From: Pseudobacteriovorax sp. | GTDB taxonomy: Bacteria > Bdellovibrionota_B > Oligoflexia > Oligoflexales > Oligoflexaceae | Direction of reading: 5' to 3' | NCBI GenBank assembly: GCA_050293845.1 | Contig: JBNKNM010000016.1 | Location: 1-61,467, forward strand | DNA: 61,467 nucleotides | In this document: piece after piece, positions 28,209 to 36,901 of the stretch | How the letters are laid out: the number at the start of each line of letters is the position of its first letter | How positions within the stretch are numbered: the stretch's first letter is position 1 | Translations under genes and position numbers: made by a program | Notes under the pieces: generated by a model | Told to the model about the DNA's origin: nothing | The model's database searches: none | What the model saw: the letters and a program-made list of their open reading frames with translations, nothing else

Positions 28209-29447
28209 ATGCCTAGGCGTGGAAAATTTAATTCTATAGCTTCCTCCCCAGCAGAGAGGGAGTTTTCTGACTTGATACTAAAAGCGATTGAAAAGCAAAT
28301 ATGGGCGATGAGTACTGACGGATTAATCAAGCTTATCGCAGTAGCAAAAAGGGAAAATTTTGAAGCCTTAGAAAAGGACATGGGCAAGGCTTTAAAGAAT
28401 ACCCAAAGAGCTACAGTAAGGGATGGTGTGGGCATCATTCCTATTAATGGACCACTATTTAAGAGGGCAAACCTATTAACGGAGATATGCGGAGCCACTA
28501 GCTATGAATTAATATTGCGAGACTTATCAAAACTGGTGAACTCTAAGGAAGTTAAGTCAATCATTCTTAACATTGATAGTCCTGGAGGTGATGCTAATGG
28601 TTGCGCTGAACTGGCTGAAAATATCTATAAGATGCGCAGTAAGAAAAAAATTACAGCGTATATCGGAGGAAGTGGCTGCTCGGCAGCATATTGGATAGCT
28701 TCCGCATGTCATACGATCATAGCTAATGATACTGCAATCCTTGGTAGCATTGGTGTTCAGACTATTGTTGATATTGATAAATCTGAGTCGATGAGATTTG
28801 TCTCGTCCCAGTCTCCCAATAAAAATGCACACCCATCAACCGAGGCTGGAGCTTCACAGCTCCAACAGACTATCGATGATCTTGCTGCAGTGTTTATTTC
28901 TAAGGTAGCGCGAAATCGCAACGTAACTGAAAAGAAAGTAATGGATGAATTCGGCCAGGGAGCCGTATTTGTAGGAAAGAAAGCTCTAGCTCAAGGGCTT
29001 TGTGATGAAATTTCGAATTTTGAGGATTTGATGGAAGAAGAAACTGAAGAAAAAAATACTCCAAAGACTACTGGAGAAATGACTGTAGAGACCTTAGTGC
29101 AAGCATATCCAACCCTAACAACTAAATTAGTTAAGCTTGCTCAGCAAAAAGGGTTTGAATCTGGTGTAAAGAGCGAGAGGACACGTGTCGCAGAGGTCGC
29201 GGAGATCTGTGACGACCCAGAAAAATTAAGCGGCTATATTTCCTCTGGCATGTCTGTTAAGGATGTTGCTCTTGAAATGGTAAAAGGGCAAAAATCAGCG
29301 CCTAAAAAGCCAAAAGATCCACTGTCTACTCTGAAGGAAGCAGAGCAGAATCTAGGTGATCTTAATTCTATACCTTTAGATGATATAGATGATTTTTCAG
29401 ACATAGTAGCCATAGCACAAAAAGCGGGGTGGGGCGATGGGTTATAA
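28209..29447 (+). CDS. S49-family capsid maturation protease with C-terminal scaffold region
   Basis: IDSPGG, SAAYWIASA, GSIGV; C-terminal 'ER.RV..' scaffold-like region. Confidence 0.93.
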   Translation: MPRRGKFNSIASSPAEREFSDLILKAIEKQIWAMSTDGLIKLIAVAKRENFEALEKDMGKALKNTQRATVRDGVGIIPINGPLFKRANLLTEICGATSYELILRDLSKLVNSKEVKSIILNIDSPGGDANGCAELAENIYKMRSKKKITAYIGGSGCSAAYWIASACHTIIANDTAILGSIGVQTIVDIDKSESMRFVSSQSPNKNAHPSTEAGASQLQQTIDDLAAVFISKVARNRNVTEKKVMDEFGQGAVFVGKKALAQGLCDEISNFEDLMEEETEEKNTPKTTGEMTVETLVQAYPTLTTKLVKLAQQKGFESGVKSERTRVAEVAEICDDPEKLSGYISSGMSVKDVALEMVKGQKSAPKKPKDPLSTLKEAEQNLGDLNSIPLDDIDDFSDIVAIAQKAGWGDGL

Positions 29448-29859
29448 TTTTGAACCTGAATACCGTGAAATAGGCTCCTGGGAACCTGATATGTTCTATG
29501 GAAGCGGCTTTCCCGTTAGAATGCCCGCATCTGTAAAACTTGCAGCAGGACAAGACTTAAAAAGAGGCTCGCTTCTCGGCAAGAAACCTAATGGTGAATA
29601 TGTGCTTTGTTCAGCTATCACCAAGGGGGTAGACGCAGATGGGAATGAAATTGATGTTCCCGTTGAAGATGGCAGCGAAAAACCTACACGAGTTCTTTCT
29701 GTTGACGCAAAGACGGAAAACACACCAAGGCAAGTTGCAGCCTATCGTACAGGATCTTATTTTAGAGACGCGCTACATATAGGTGAAGGTCATGAACTAA
29801 GCGATGTAGAAGACTTTTTAGAATCAAGATCAATTTATATTGAAGAGGCGACAGATTGA
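29437..29859 (+). CDS. Head decoration protein (lambda gpD-like)
   Basis: 'GQ.LKRG.LLG', 'DGSE.P..VL..D', 'Y..G.....AL'. Confidence 0.85.
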   Translation: MGYNFEPEYREIGSWEPDMFYGSGFPVRMPASVKLAAGQDLKRGSLLGKKPNGEYVLCSAITKGVDADGNEIDVPVEDGSEKPTRVLSVDAKTENTPRQVAAYRTGSYFRDALHIGEGHELSDVEDFLESRSIYIEEATD

Positions 29860-30950
29860 CAGTAAGAGGTAGCATTCCGCTCTGGAAAGATATAAAAAAG
29901 TTAAACCTTATGGCAAGAGATCTACAAAAGGCTATGCAGCCACTGTATTTTTCAACAACCTATTTCTCCAAACCTCTTTTCCATGATACCCAGGAAATTC
30001 ATTTCAACAAAGAAGAGGTATTCGAGGGAATATCAGCGTTTGTTCATCCCTTGGTTAAAGGTAAGGCCATCAGACGTCAAGGCGTTAAAGTAAACGCAAT
30101 GCGTCCTGCTTACATTAAAGAAGCTTTAATTCATGATGCCCTTGATAACCTTGATGTTCTTCCATCGGAAGACTATATGGGCTCTATGAGTCCTATGGAA
30201 AGAGAAAGATTGATCATTGGAAAAAATCTTACTCGTCTCAATGTCAGACGGAGGAACCGTATAGAAGTCATGGCCGTTGAAGCTATAAAATATGGTACAG
30301 CTACTATACGCGGTGACAGTCTTGATTCGCTTTTAGATTTTGGTAGACATTCTGATCTTGTTGTTACAGATCCAAAAAATAATTGGGCTGATCCTGATTT
30401 CCCGATTATCAATCATCTTGAAAAAATGAAAATGAATGTTAAAAAGCACTCACGGATTGGTGCTGTAGCTAATACTGTTCACATAAATCATACAACTTTC
30501 TCTTATCTTCGTACAAACAAGCAGATTAGAGAACTATACGATACTCGTCGCAATGTGAATATTACTATTGAGCTAACGCCATTTCAAAACTACAAAGATA
30601 TTGAATATGCGGGATCTATTGGTGGTTTCCACTTCTATATTCACTCGGGTAACTATATCGAAAATGGGGTGCAGCATCCGATAATTGAAGATGGCGAAGT
30701 GATCTTAACTGCAAGTAGCATCGGGGGAATTAGTCACTTTGGTCGCATAATTAGCGAAAAAGCTAAGTTTAAACCGATGCCTTATTTCATCCGGTCATAT
30801 TACAACGAAGAGCTTGAAAATAGGTACTACGAGCTGCATTCAGCGCCTTTATTGGTACCACACGATGTTAACGCAACGGCATATGCAAAAGTAGCTTTGG
30901 AAGCTCCACCTGCTTTGGTTAATCCAACGGGTGAAAAAGGTGCAGCATAG
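29856..30950 (+). CDS. Major capsid protein, lambda gpE family
   Basis: 'FV.P.V.G', 'PAYIK', 'R.E.MA..A...G', 'DFGR', 'SAPL.VP'. Confidence 0.9.
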   Translation: MTVRGSIPLWKDIKKLNLMARDLQKAMQPLYFSTTYFSKPLFHDTQEIHFNKEEVFEGISAFVHPLVKGKAIRRQGVKVNAMRPAYIKEALIHDALDNLDVLPSEDYMGSMSPMERERLIIGKNLTRLNVRRRNRIEVMAVEAIKYGTATIRGDSLDSLLDFGRHSDLVVTDPKNNWADPDFPIINHLEKMKMNVKKHSRIGAVANTVHINHTTFSYLRTNKQIRELYDTRRNVNITIELTPFQNYKDIEYAGSIGGFHFYIHSGNYIENGVQHPIIEDGEVILTASSIGGISHFGRIISEKAKFKPMPYFIRSYYNEELENRYYELHSAPLLVPHDVNATAYAKVALEAPPALVNPTGEKGAA

Positions 30951-31248
30951 CCTAGATGGTCTCCTAGAAGACGCTGACACCCTTGTATACTACAGCGGAG
31001 GGTCATTTTGGGGGACTCTAACTTCCTTTGACGAAGAGGAAAATGACGATGTCAATAGAATTGAAACCCATAAAATACTTCATTGTAGTGTAACGGAAAA
31101 TATTAAGGAAGGTGATGAACTGGAGCTTGAAAACGAGAGGTACTATGCGGATGAGATTTTCAACACAGGAATTGGTTTATTGGAGATTAGGTTAAAATGC
31201 ACCTCAACAGAAGGGATGAAATTCGGGATCTCTTTCGGGAATTATTAA
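30931..31248 (+). CDS. Head-tail joining protein (FII-like)
   Basis: Position; 'GD.L......Y.......G.G...I.L'. Confidence 0.55.
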   Translation: MKKVQHSLDGLLEDADTLVYYSGGSFWGTLTSFDEEENDDVNRIETHKILHCSVTENIKEGDELELENERYYADEIFNTGIGLLEIRLKCTSTEGMKFGISFGNY

Positions 31249-31613
31249 AAGGTCTTGAAGTTAATAATTTTTCAGCTCGAACGGCTGCATTAAAACCAAA
31301 AGATCTCCCGGCCTGTATAGTCTACTCTCCAGGGGAAAAGCTCAGTGACGAGCAGGACAAATCACGAAGGCCAAGGACACATACTATCATCGTTGATGTT
31401 GCTTTTTTTCCTGATAGTGACCCAGAAAAAGAAGTAAGCGCGATGTCTGACAAGATAGAACACCTTCTCCTTGATTCAGAAGAATTGCAGAATAGTTGTG
31501 ACAGCTTGAAACTACTTGATAGTGACTGGGATGTTTTTGCGTGGGGTGAAAAGTTAGCTGCAGCGATTGAGCACACTTATGAGGTCCAGTACACGACCTA
31601 TGAAGAAGAATAA
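31197..31613 (+). CDS. Tail terminator / minor tail protein (lambda gpU-like)
   Basis: 'R.EIR.....L', 'LPA..VY...E', 'Y.V.Y'. Confidence 0.7.
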   Translation: MHLNRRDEIRDLFRELLKGLEVNNFSARTAALKPKDLPACIVYSPGEKLSDEQDKSRRPRTHTIIVDVAFFPDSDPEKEVSAMSDKIEHLLLDSEELQNSCDSLKLLDSDWDVFAWGEKLAAAIEHTYEVQYTTYEEE

Positions 31614-31625
31614 AGGAACTAAATT

Positions 31626-32348
31626 ATGATTAGCTATAAGGATAACTTAATGGGAGAAATTAGTGCAAAAAAAGTCAGCAATGTTATTTCAATTGACTTT
31701 GTAAACCCTAAGCCTTTGTGTTTAGACGATCAAGTCAATTTGAGAGAGATATACGAAGTATTGGTAGCAAAGGGCGCGGTATCAAACAACGTATTGTATG
31801 CAACTTGGGTAAAAAGAAAACTCCAGTATTATACTGATAATATGGATTATTTTACGATTACCAAAAAAGATAATCGTAAAAATACCAGAGGTGCTACTAT
31901 TTCGAAAGAGCATGCTACTACCGTACAAGTAGCCATGGAAATTATAGCTAATGGCCACAAAGAAGCTGGTCATCAAATGCGAAGGTTTTTAACAAACTGC
32001 CTGAAACTTTCGATATCAAAACCAACGTCTCCAAGTGACTTTGCGGATTTCATGATTGAGATGGCCAATAAATTAAAAAAGTCTGAATCAGCCAATATTG
32101 CATTATCTGAAGCACTCGGAATTGCTACCAATTGGAAAAGTGCTGTCGCCTGGAGAAAAGAATTTCCTGAACTGGATATTCTTTCAGATACTGACAAAGG
32201 ACTAGGGATTGAGCTTTCCAAAAGATGTAAAGCTATGGGTTTCACGCGTAGAAAAATTGAAGATTCCAGGTGGGGTCATGTTTGGATATACAGCAGGGAG
32301 TTCATAGAAACTATTCTCCCAGATCTAAGAATGAATCTGATCTGCTAA
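31626..32348 (+). CDS. Second AntA/AntB-type antirepressor, inserted in the late operon
   Basis: N-terminal domain closely matches 5581..6363; different C-terminal domain ('G..LS..C...G....KI.D.RWG.V..Y'). Confidence 0.75.
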   Translation: MISYKDNLMGEISAKKVSNVISIDFVNPKPLCLDDQVNLREIYEVLVAKGAVSNNVLYATWVKRKLQYYTDNMDYFTITKKDNRKNTRGATISKEHATTVQVAMEIIANGHKEAGHQMRRFLTNCLKLSISKPTSPSDFADFMIEMANKLKKSESANIALSEALGIATNWKSAVAWRKEFPELDILSDTDKGLGIELSKRCKAMGFTRRKIEDSRWGHVWIYSREFIETILPDLRMNLIC

Positions 32349-32381
32349 TGCTCTTATAGTATTTGTTGGTGAGAATTTGGA

Positions 32382-32972
32382 ATGAATATCGAAGAACTAA
32401 TAAACGAACTAATCAGAATCCTATCAACTATGATTCGTAATGGTAAGATTCTCGAATACGATGAAGAGCAAGATAGGGTTAAGGTGGATGCCGAAGGTTT
32501 GCCAACCCCATTTAGACCATATTTTACGCCATCTTCAGGTTATCGTAGGTCATTTAAAGCACCAGCTGTTGGCGAACGATGTTTAGTATTTTCTCCTTAT
32601 GGTGTCCTAGCAAATTGTTACATTTTAACAGGCATCGATGGCAAGGAATTTAAAAAGCCAGACGGCGCTAATCCAAAGACTGAATTGAGCGATTGGCCAG
32701 ATGGGACAAGGCTTTCATACAATTTTGAGACCTCAACTTTTGAGCTAAAAGGCGAAAAATTAAAGCTAGCGATAGAAGGAATTGAACTTGATCTAAAATT
32801 CTCCAAGATAAAGATTGGGAACGGAACAATTGATGTCCTGAAGATTATTTCGGATGCATTGGAAGTTATCACAAAATCTAAAACCGCGACGATGGCGGGA
32901 CCACGTGAGCTTGTTCCTAGTGTCACCGAGCTTCCTAAACTAAAAACTGACCTTGATTCGATTATGGGATAG
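32382..32972 (+). CDS. Baseplate spike (P2 gpV-like)
   Basis: 'IR.G.I', 'P.VGE.CLV.SP.G', 'PDGT..SY'. Confidence 0.88.
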   Translation: MNIEELINELIRILSTMIRNGKILEYDEEQDRVKVDAEGLPTPFRPYFTPSSGYRRSFKAPAVGERCLVFSPYGVLANCYILTGIDGKEFKKPDGANPKTELSDWPDGTRLSYNFETSTFELKGEKLKLAIEGIELDLKFSKIKIGNGTIDVLKIISDALEVITKSKTATMAGPRELVPSVTELPKLKTDLDSIMG

Positions 32973-32974
32973 AC

Positions 32975-33163
32975 ATGGCTCTTACTACTGGCATAGACAA
33001 AATCATTGATGATTATGCAAAAGAGACAAAAATTAGTGTTAAAGAAAAAACTGCTCTTACGTCTCTAATTAGTAAAATCATGACTCATATCATTACAAAT
33101 GGAGTTGTTGTTGGAGCTTGTCCTTCAGGTGGTGGACCTCTAACCGGGGGAAAAATCGAGTGA
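32975..33163 (+). CDS. Small baseplate / spike-tip associated protein
   Basis: Position after gpV; 'I..HI..N..V......G.P..G.I'. Confidence 0.55.
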   Translation: MALTTGIDKIIDDYAKETKISVKEKTALTSLISKIMTHIITNGVVVGACPSGGGPLTGGKIE

Positions 33164-33480
33164 ACGGAATGGATGAAAAATCAGGAAAGTTTATTTCTGG
33201 TATGCCCTACCTAAAACAATCTGTTAGGCGCATTATCCGTAGACCTAAAAAGTCCCTAGTAATGCACCCCAAGTTTGGAACGACTCTTCCAGAATTTGTG
33301 GGAGAAAACATAACTGATCAAGAGCTTGTAGACTTAACAAGTGATATTACAGATTCATTAGAAGAGGGTATACCAGAGCTAAAACCAGAGTTTAAATTTG
33401 GAAAAATTGTGGAAGGTTATATACCAATTACTGTTACGGGATCTTTTAAGGAGAGCCCAATAAATTTGGAGAATGTTTAA
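33160..33480 (+). CDS. Baseplate wedge protein (P2 gpW/gp25-like)
   Basis: 'GM....G..ISG...L.QSV..I...P..S.VM.P.FG..L'. Confidence 0.85.
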   Translation: MNGMDEKSGKFISGMPYLKQSVRRIIRRPKKSLVMHPKFGTTLPEFVGENITDQELVDLTSDITDSLEEGIPELKPEFKFGKIVEGYIPITVTGSFKESPINLENV

Positions 33481-34306
33481 ATTGACAGTACCTGTCCTCT
33501 ATGAGGAGATAAATTTTGAAGAGCTACTTGATCGGAAGCTCGATCGACTGACTGGTAACTATCAGGAAGTAAATCCTGATTATGAGCGCCCCTCAATTGC
33601 CGATCCAGCATATCATGCTGTAGCTGAAGTCTGTTTCTCAGAAACTCTCTTAAGGGAGAGAATTAACTATGCATCGCTGCAATCAACCATCAAGTTTTCA
33701 GACCATATTGTAAATATCCTTTCAGGAAAGCTTAAAGATGGTGAAACCATAGAAGAATATAGGGAACGTCTAAAGCGCGATATTGCATCTGCTTCATCGT
33801 GTGGCACAAAAGCAAGCTATGAGGCTCTTGCTGTAGCTGCTGGACAGCTTGAAAATGTTAAAGCTGTTGACGCCAAGGCCATAAATCGAAATGGTTACAT
33901 AGTAATTTATGTGCAACCTAATACCTTGGACTCTGAACTTCATACAGAGCTAAGACTAGCCATCTCAGAATATTTCACTCGTGATGATGTCCATGGATTT
34001 TTAGATAGTGTGCAAATCCGCATAGCACAAGGCATACCTGTAACAATTAGCGCTATGTTTACTTTAGAGCCTGGTGTTAGTGCGATTATCACAGATGAAA
34101 TAGCCCTAGATTTCAGAAAAGCATGGGACGAGAAATCTGACTTAAGTTGGAATCCATCACTATCTTGGATTTATGGAAAGCTTGATAGAGAAGGGATACA
34201 TCTTGTTGAGCCTCATATCGATGTAATGGTTGACGGGGTAATACCTCTTCAAGAAAACCAGTACCCTTATATAGCTGAGCTTCAGTTTGAGGTTAAAAGG
34301 CTGTGA
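33473..34306 (+). CDS. Baseplate protein J (P2 gpJ-like)
   Basis: 'P...E.I.FE.L', 'DP', 'LRERIN', 'E..E.YR.R', 'G....Y'. Confidence 0.85.
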   Translation: MFKLTVPVLYEEINFEELLDRKLDRLTGNYQEVNPDYERPSIADPAYHAVAEVCFSETLLRERINYASLQSTIKFSDHIVNILSGKLKDGETIEEYRERLKRDIASASSCGTKASYEALAVAAGQLENVKAVDAKAINRNGYIVIYVQPNTLDSELHTELRLAISEYFTRDDVHGFLDSVQIRIAQGIPVTISAMFTLEPGVSAIITDEIALDFRKAWDEKSDLSWNPSLSWIYGKLDREGIHLVEPHIDVMVDGVIPLQENQYPYIAELQFEVKRL

Positions 34307-34707
34307 TTGAACGTTACATTTCAAATTTGAGGCCGAGCTTTTCTCCTGAGATTGTGCTTAATGTTAGGGATAAACCACCCTTGCAGTTTTATGAAGCCTT
34401 GCTTTGGGAATACGGACTAACCGATTTTTTAGTTGTCGCAAACGATATCGAAAAAGTAATCAAGGAAGCAGCAAAATTTTCCAAGATCAAGGGCAGCAAG
34501 GCTTCTATCCATATGGCATTGACTTGGGTTGGCATAACAGAGCCGGTACTCACGCGATTAACAAATACTGATTATGAAATCGATCCAGGTTTCGAACCTA
34601 GTGAGTTAGCTATTAAAAAGATACTTGTTGCTCTAGATCATTCTGTTCAAGCAAGAGGAATATTAAAGCGTATTTATCATGGAAGTTTCGAAAAGGTATT
34701 TGAATAA
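34303..34707 (+). CDS. Tail protein I-like (short)
   Basis: 'L.WEYGL', 'I.G....I..AL.W.G'. Confidence 0.7.
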   Translation: MIERYISNLRPSFSPEIVLNVRDKPPLQFYEALLWEYGLTDFLVVANDIEKVIKEAAKFSKIKGSKASIHMALTWVGITEPVLTRLTNTDYEIDPGFEPSELAIKKILVALDHSVQARGILKRIYHGSFEKVFE

Positions 34708-35136
34708 ATGACGGGATATTTAAATGGAATAGAAGTAGTTGAACAGGGCATTGCTACTGCCACTATAACAACTCCAAGTCAGAATGTAATCGGACTAGTG
34801 GGAACCGCCCCGCACTCTGAACTCGAAGCGGATTACCCATATGTCTATCGAAAGGAAAAAGAAGCTTTAGAAGCTGTCCTTCCTGAGGCCTTGAGGGATG
34901 CATTAACTCCAGATGATGACAGGGGAAGCCTTTATCACTCGTTACAATTAATCTATGCACAAGGGGGGAATGTTGTCGTTCTTATTAGAGCATCAGATGA
35001 TTCAACGGCAAGCATAGTAAGGGCTATAGGAAAGCTTGCCAACGCACAATCGGTGACAGGTGTTAAGCCAAAAATTCTATGCGCCCCAGGTCATACAGGG
35101 AATATACCAGTCGGTCTAACCGAGGGAGATGAATAA
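34708..35136 (+). CDS. Tail sheath (P2 FI-like), N-terminal part
   Basis: 'YL.GIEVVE', 'VIGLVGTAP', 'A.SVTGVKPKIL.APG'. Confidence 0.85.
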   Translation: MTGYLNGIEVVEQGIATATITTPSQNVIGLVGTAPHSELEADYPYVYRKEKEALEAVLPEALRDALTPDDDRGSLYHSLQLIYAQGGNVVVLIRASDDSTASIVRAIGKLANAQSVTGVKPKILCAPGHTGNIPVGLTEGDE

Positions 35137-35878
35137 TATGCCAGTTCTAGCAGATCCAGTGGCAACTCAACTACGTTTAATGGGAAACAGGCTTAACGCA
35201 ATAACATGTATTGATGTAAATAAAGAGCAGCATTTGGAATACCGTGAAGCCAACGCCGGTGAGAATGTTTTTATGCTTCATCCTTCGGTTAAAATTCAAG
35301 ATGGTAATAGCATTATCAACGCCCCCATGTCAGCAGCAGCGGCTGGAGCCTTTGGGGTTAGAGAATTCTGGAAAGTTCTAACAAATGTACCTGTTGAAGG
35401 CATACTTGGAACCTCAGAACCCATATCGTTCAGCATCGATGATCCTCTTTCCGATGGTCAGGTGCTTAACAGTAAGCAAATTGCAACCATTGTAAGGCAA
35501 GATGGCTTTAGGTTCTGGGGGTCAAGGGGTACTGGAGACCCCAGCGTGCCCAAGAAAAGCTTCATTCATTATCAGAGAATTCGATTTGCTATAAGAGAGG
35601 CACTTATTGCTGCAAATGCTTGGGCGGTAGGGAAAGAACTAACGCGAAGCTATTTTGATGAGGTGACAAGAGTCGTAAATGAGTATATGGCGAAATTAGC
35701 CACTTTAGGTGCAATTGCAGGAGGAAAATGCTTCGTTGATGAGGAAACTAATACACCGTCAGAGCTTGAAAATGGACATGCTTCATTTGGCTTTGAATAC
35801 AGTCCAACTCCGGTTTCTGAGAAAGTTACATTTTATGAGAATATTACAAACTCTTATTTAAAGAATATTTTAGGTTAA
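35129..35878 (+). CDS. Tail sheath (P2 FI-like), C-terminal part
   Basis: 'N..V.GI.G...PI.F', 'LN...I.TIVR.DGFRFWG.R', 'GAI.GG.C..D.E.N'. Confidence 0.88.
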   Translation: MNNMPVLADPVATQLRLMGNRLNAITCIDVNKEQHLEYREANAGENVFMLHPSVKIQDGNSIINAPMSAAAAGAFGVREFWKVLTNVPVEGILGTSEPISFSIDDPLSDGQVLNSKQIATIVRQDGFRFWGSRGTGDPSVPKKSFIHYQRIRFAIREALIAANAWAVGKELTRSYFDEVTRVVNEYMAKLATLGAIAGGKCFVDEETNTPSELENGHASFGFEYSPTPVSEKVTFYENITNSYLKNILG

Positions 35879-35887
35879 GGGATTAAT

Positions 35888-36406
35888 ATGGCATTTCCTA
35901 AATTTCTAGCCGGTTTCGAACACACTTTTAACGGCACCAGTTTCAAAAATAGATGTAACGGAGTACAACTCCCGCCAATAAAAATAAAGACGGAGGAATA
36001 TCGCGGTTCGGGGATGGATGCTCCTATTGACATTGATGTAGGAATGGAAAAGCTCGTAACTACCCATAAAATAGCTGATATAACACCAGAGTACTTTCTT
36101 GCTGTTGGCGCTGGATTTGCTGGAGGTCTTGCAGGTTCTATTGTAACAGGTGCACTTAAAAATCCCCTTGGATCTACACTTATACCTTGCAAAGCAATAA
36201 TGCATGGCACCATTACAGAGATTAAGTTTGCTGAATGGAAAGTTGGAAATCTTGAAGCCTCGGGGATTGAGGTTACACATAGCCTAGTCCGTTATTCATT
36301 GTCCTTAGCAAATCAACCGTTAGCTAACATCGACATAGAAAACGGTATTCGTGTAATAGGCGGCAAAGACTATCTTGACGCTGTTAAAGCTATTTTACAA
36401 ATATAG
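35888..36406 (+). CDS. Major tail tube protein (P2 FII-like)
   Basis: 'LP....KTEEYRG.GMDAP...D.GMEKL', 'ID..N.IR.IGG.D.L'. Confidence 0.92.
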   Translation: MAFPKFLAGFEHTFNGTSFKNRCNGVQLPPIKIKTEEYRGSGMDAPIDIDVGMEKLVTTHKIADITPEYFLAVGAGFAGGLAGSIVTGALKNPLGSTLIPCKAIMHGTITEIKFAEWKVGNLEASGIEVTHSLVRYSLSLANQPLANIDIENGIRVIGGKDYLDAVKAILQI

Positions 36407-36417
36407 GAAGCACATTT

Positions 36418-36750
36418 ATGCAATACACTCTAAAACATCCTGTAAATTTTTCTGGAAAGTTATATAAGCATCTAAATCTACCAGACTATTTATCGGTTGG
36501 TAAGAGCTGTGATATTAACGCCATGACAAAGACTGGGGAAGATCCTGAAAAAGTTGGATATAAAATCATTGCGTTCTTAACAAACACTAAAGTGGATTTT
36601 ATAAAAGAAATTTCACTTCATGATTTTAATAAACTTGATGAGTACATCAAAACCCTATTTTCTGCTTCAGAAAAAAAAAGACCTGACAACTTTTCGAACA
36701 GAAAACAAAGAAAAAATAGAGCTGTTAAAAATAGCAAAAAAAATCCATAG
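36418..36750 (+). CDS. Tail assembly chaperone (G / P2 E-like)
   Basis: Between tube and tape measure; 'TLKHPV...G', 'I.....DF..L'. Confidence 0.75.
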   Translation: MQYTLKHPVNFSGKLYKHLNLPDYLSVGKSCDINAMTKTGEDPEKVGYKIIAFLTNTKVDFIKEISLHDFNKLDEYIKTLFSASEKKRPDNFSNRKQRKNRAVKNSKKNP

Positions 36751-36901
36751 AGAGTTTGGTTTAGCATCGGATAAATTCCTTCAGCTATCTGAAAACGAGC
36801 TTGAGTTATACTTAGCTGCCCTTACAGAAGACAACGATAACGACTCAAATGAAACCTATTCTGATGATGAGGTATGGGTAAACTGTGACTACGATGAGTA
36901 A
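36671..36901 (+). CDS. Frameshift extension of the tail chaperone (GT / E+E'-like), in the +1 frame
   Basis: 'FG......LQLS..EL..Y...' in ORF 36620..36901, reachable from the A9 run at 36671-36679. Confidence 0.6.
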   Translation, partial: KKKDLTTFRTENKEKIELLKIAKKIHREFGLASDKFLQLSENELELYLAALTEDNDNDSNETYSDDEVWVNCDYDE

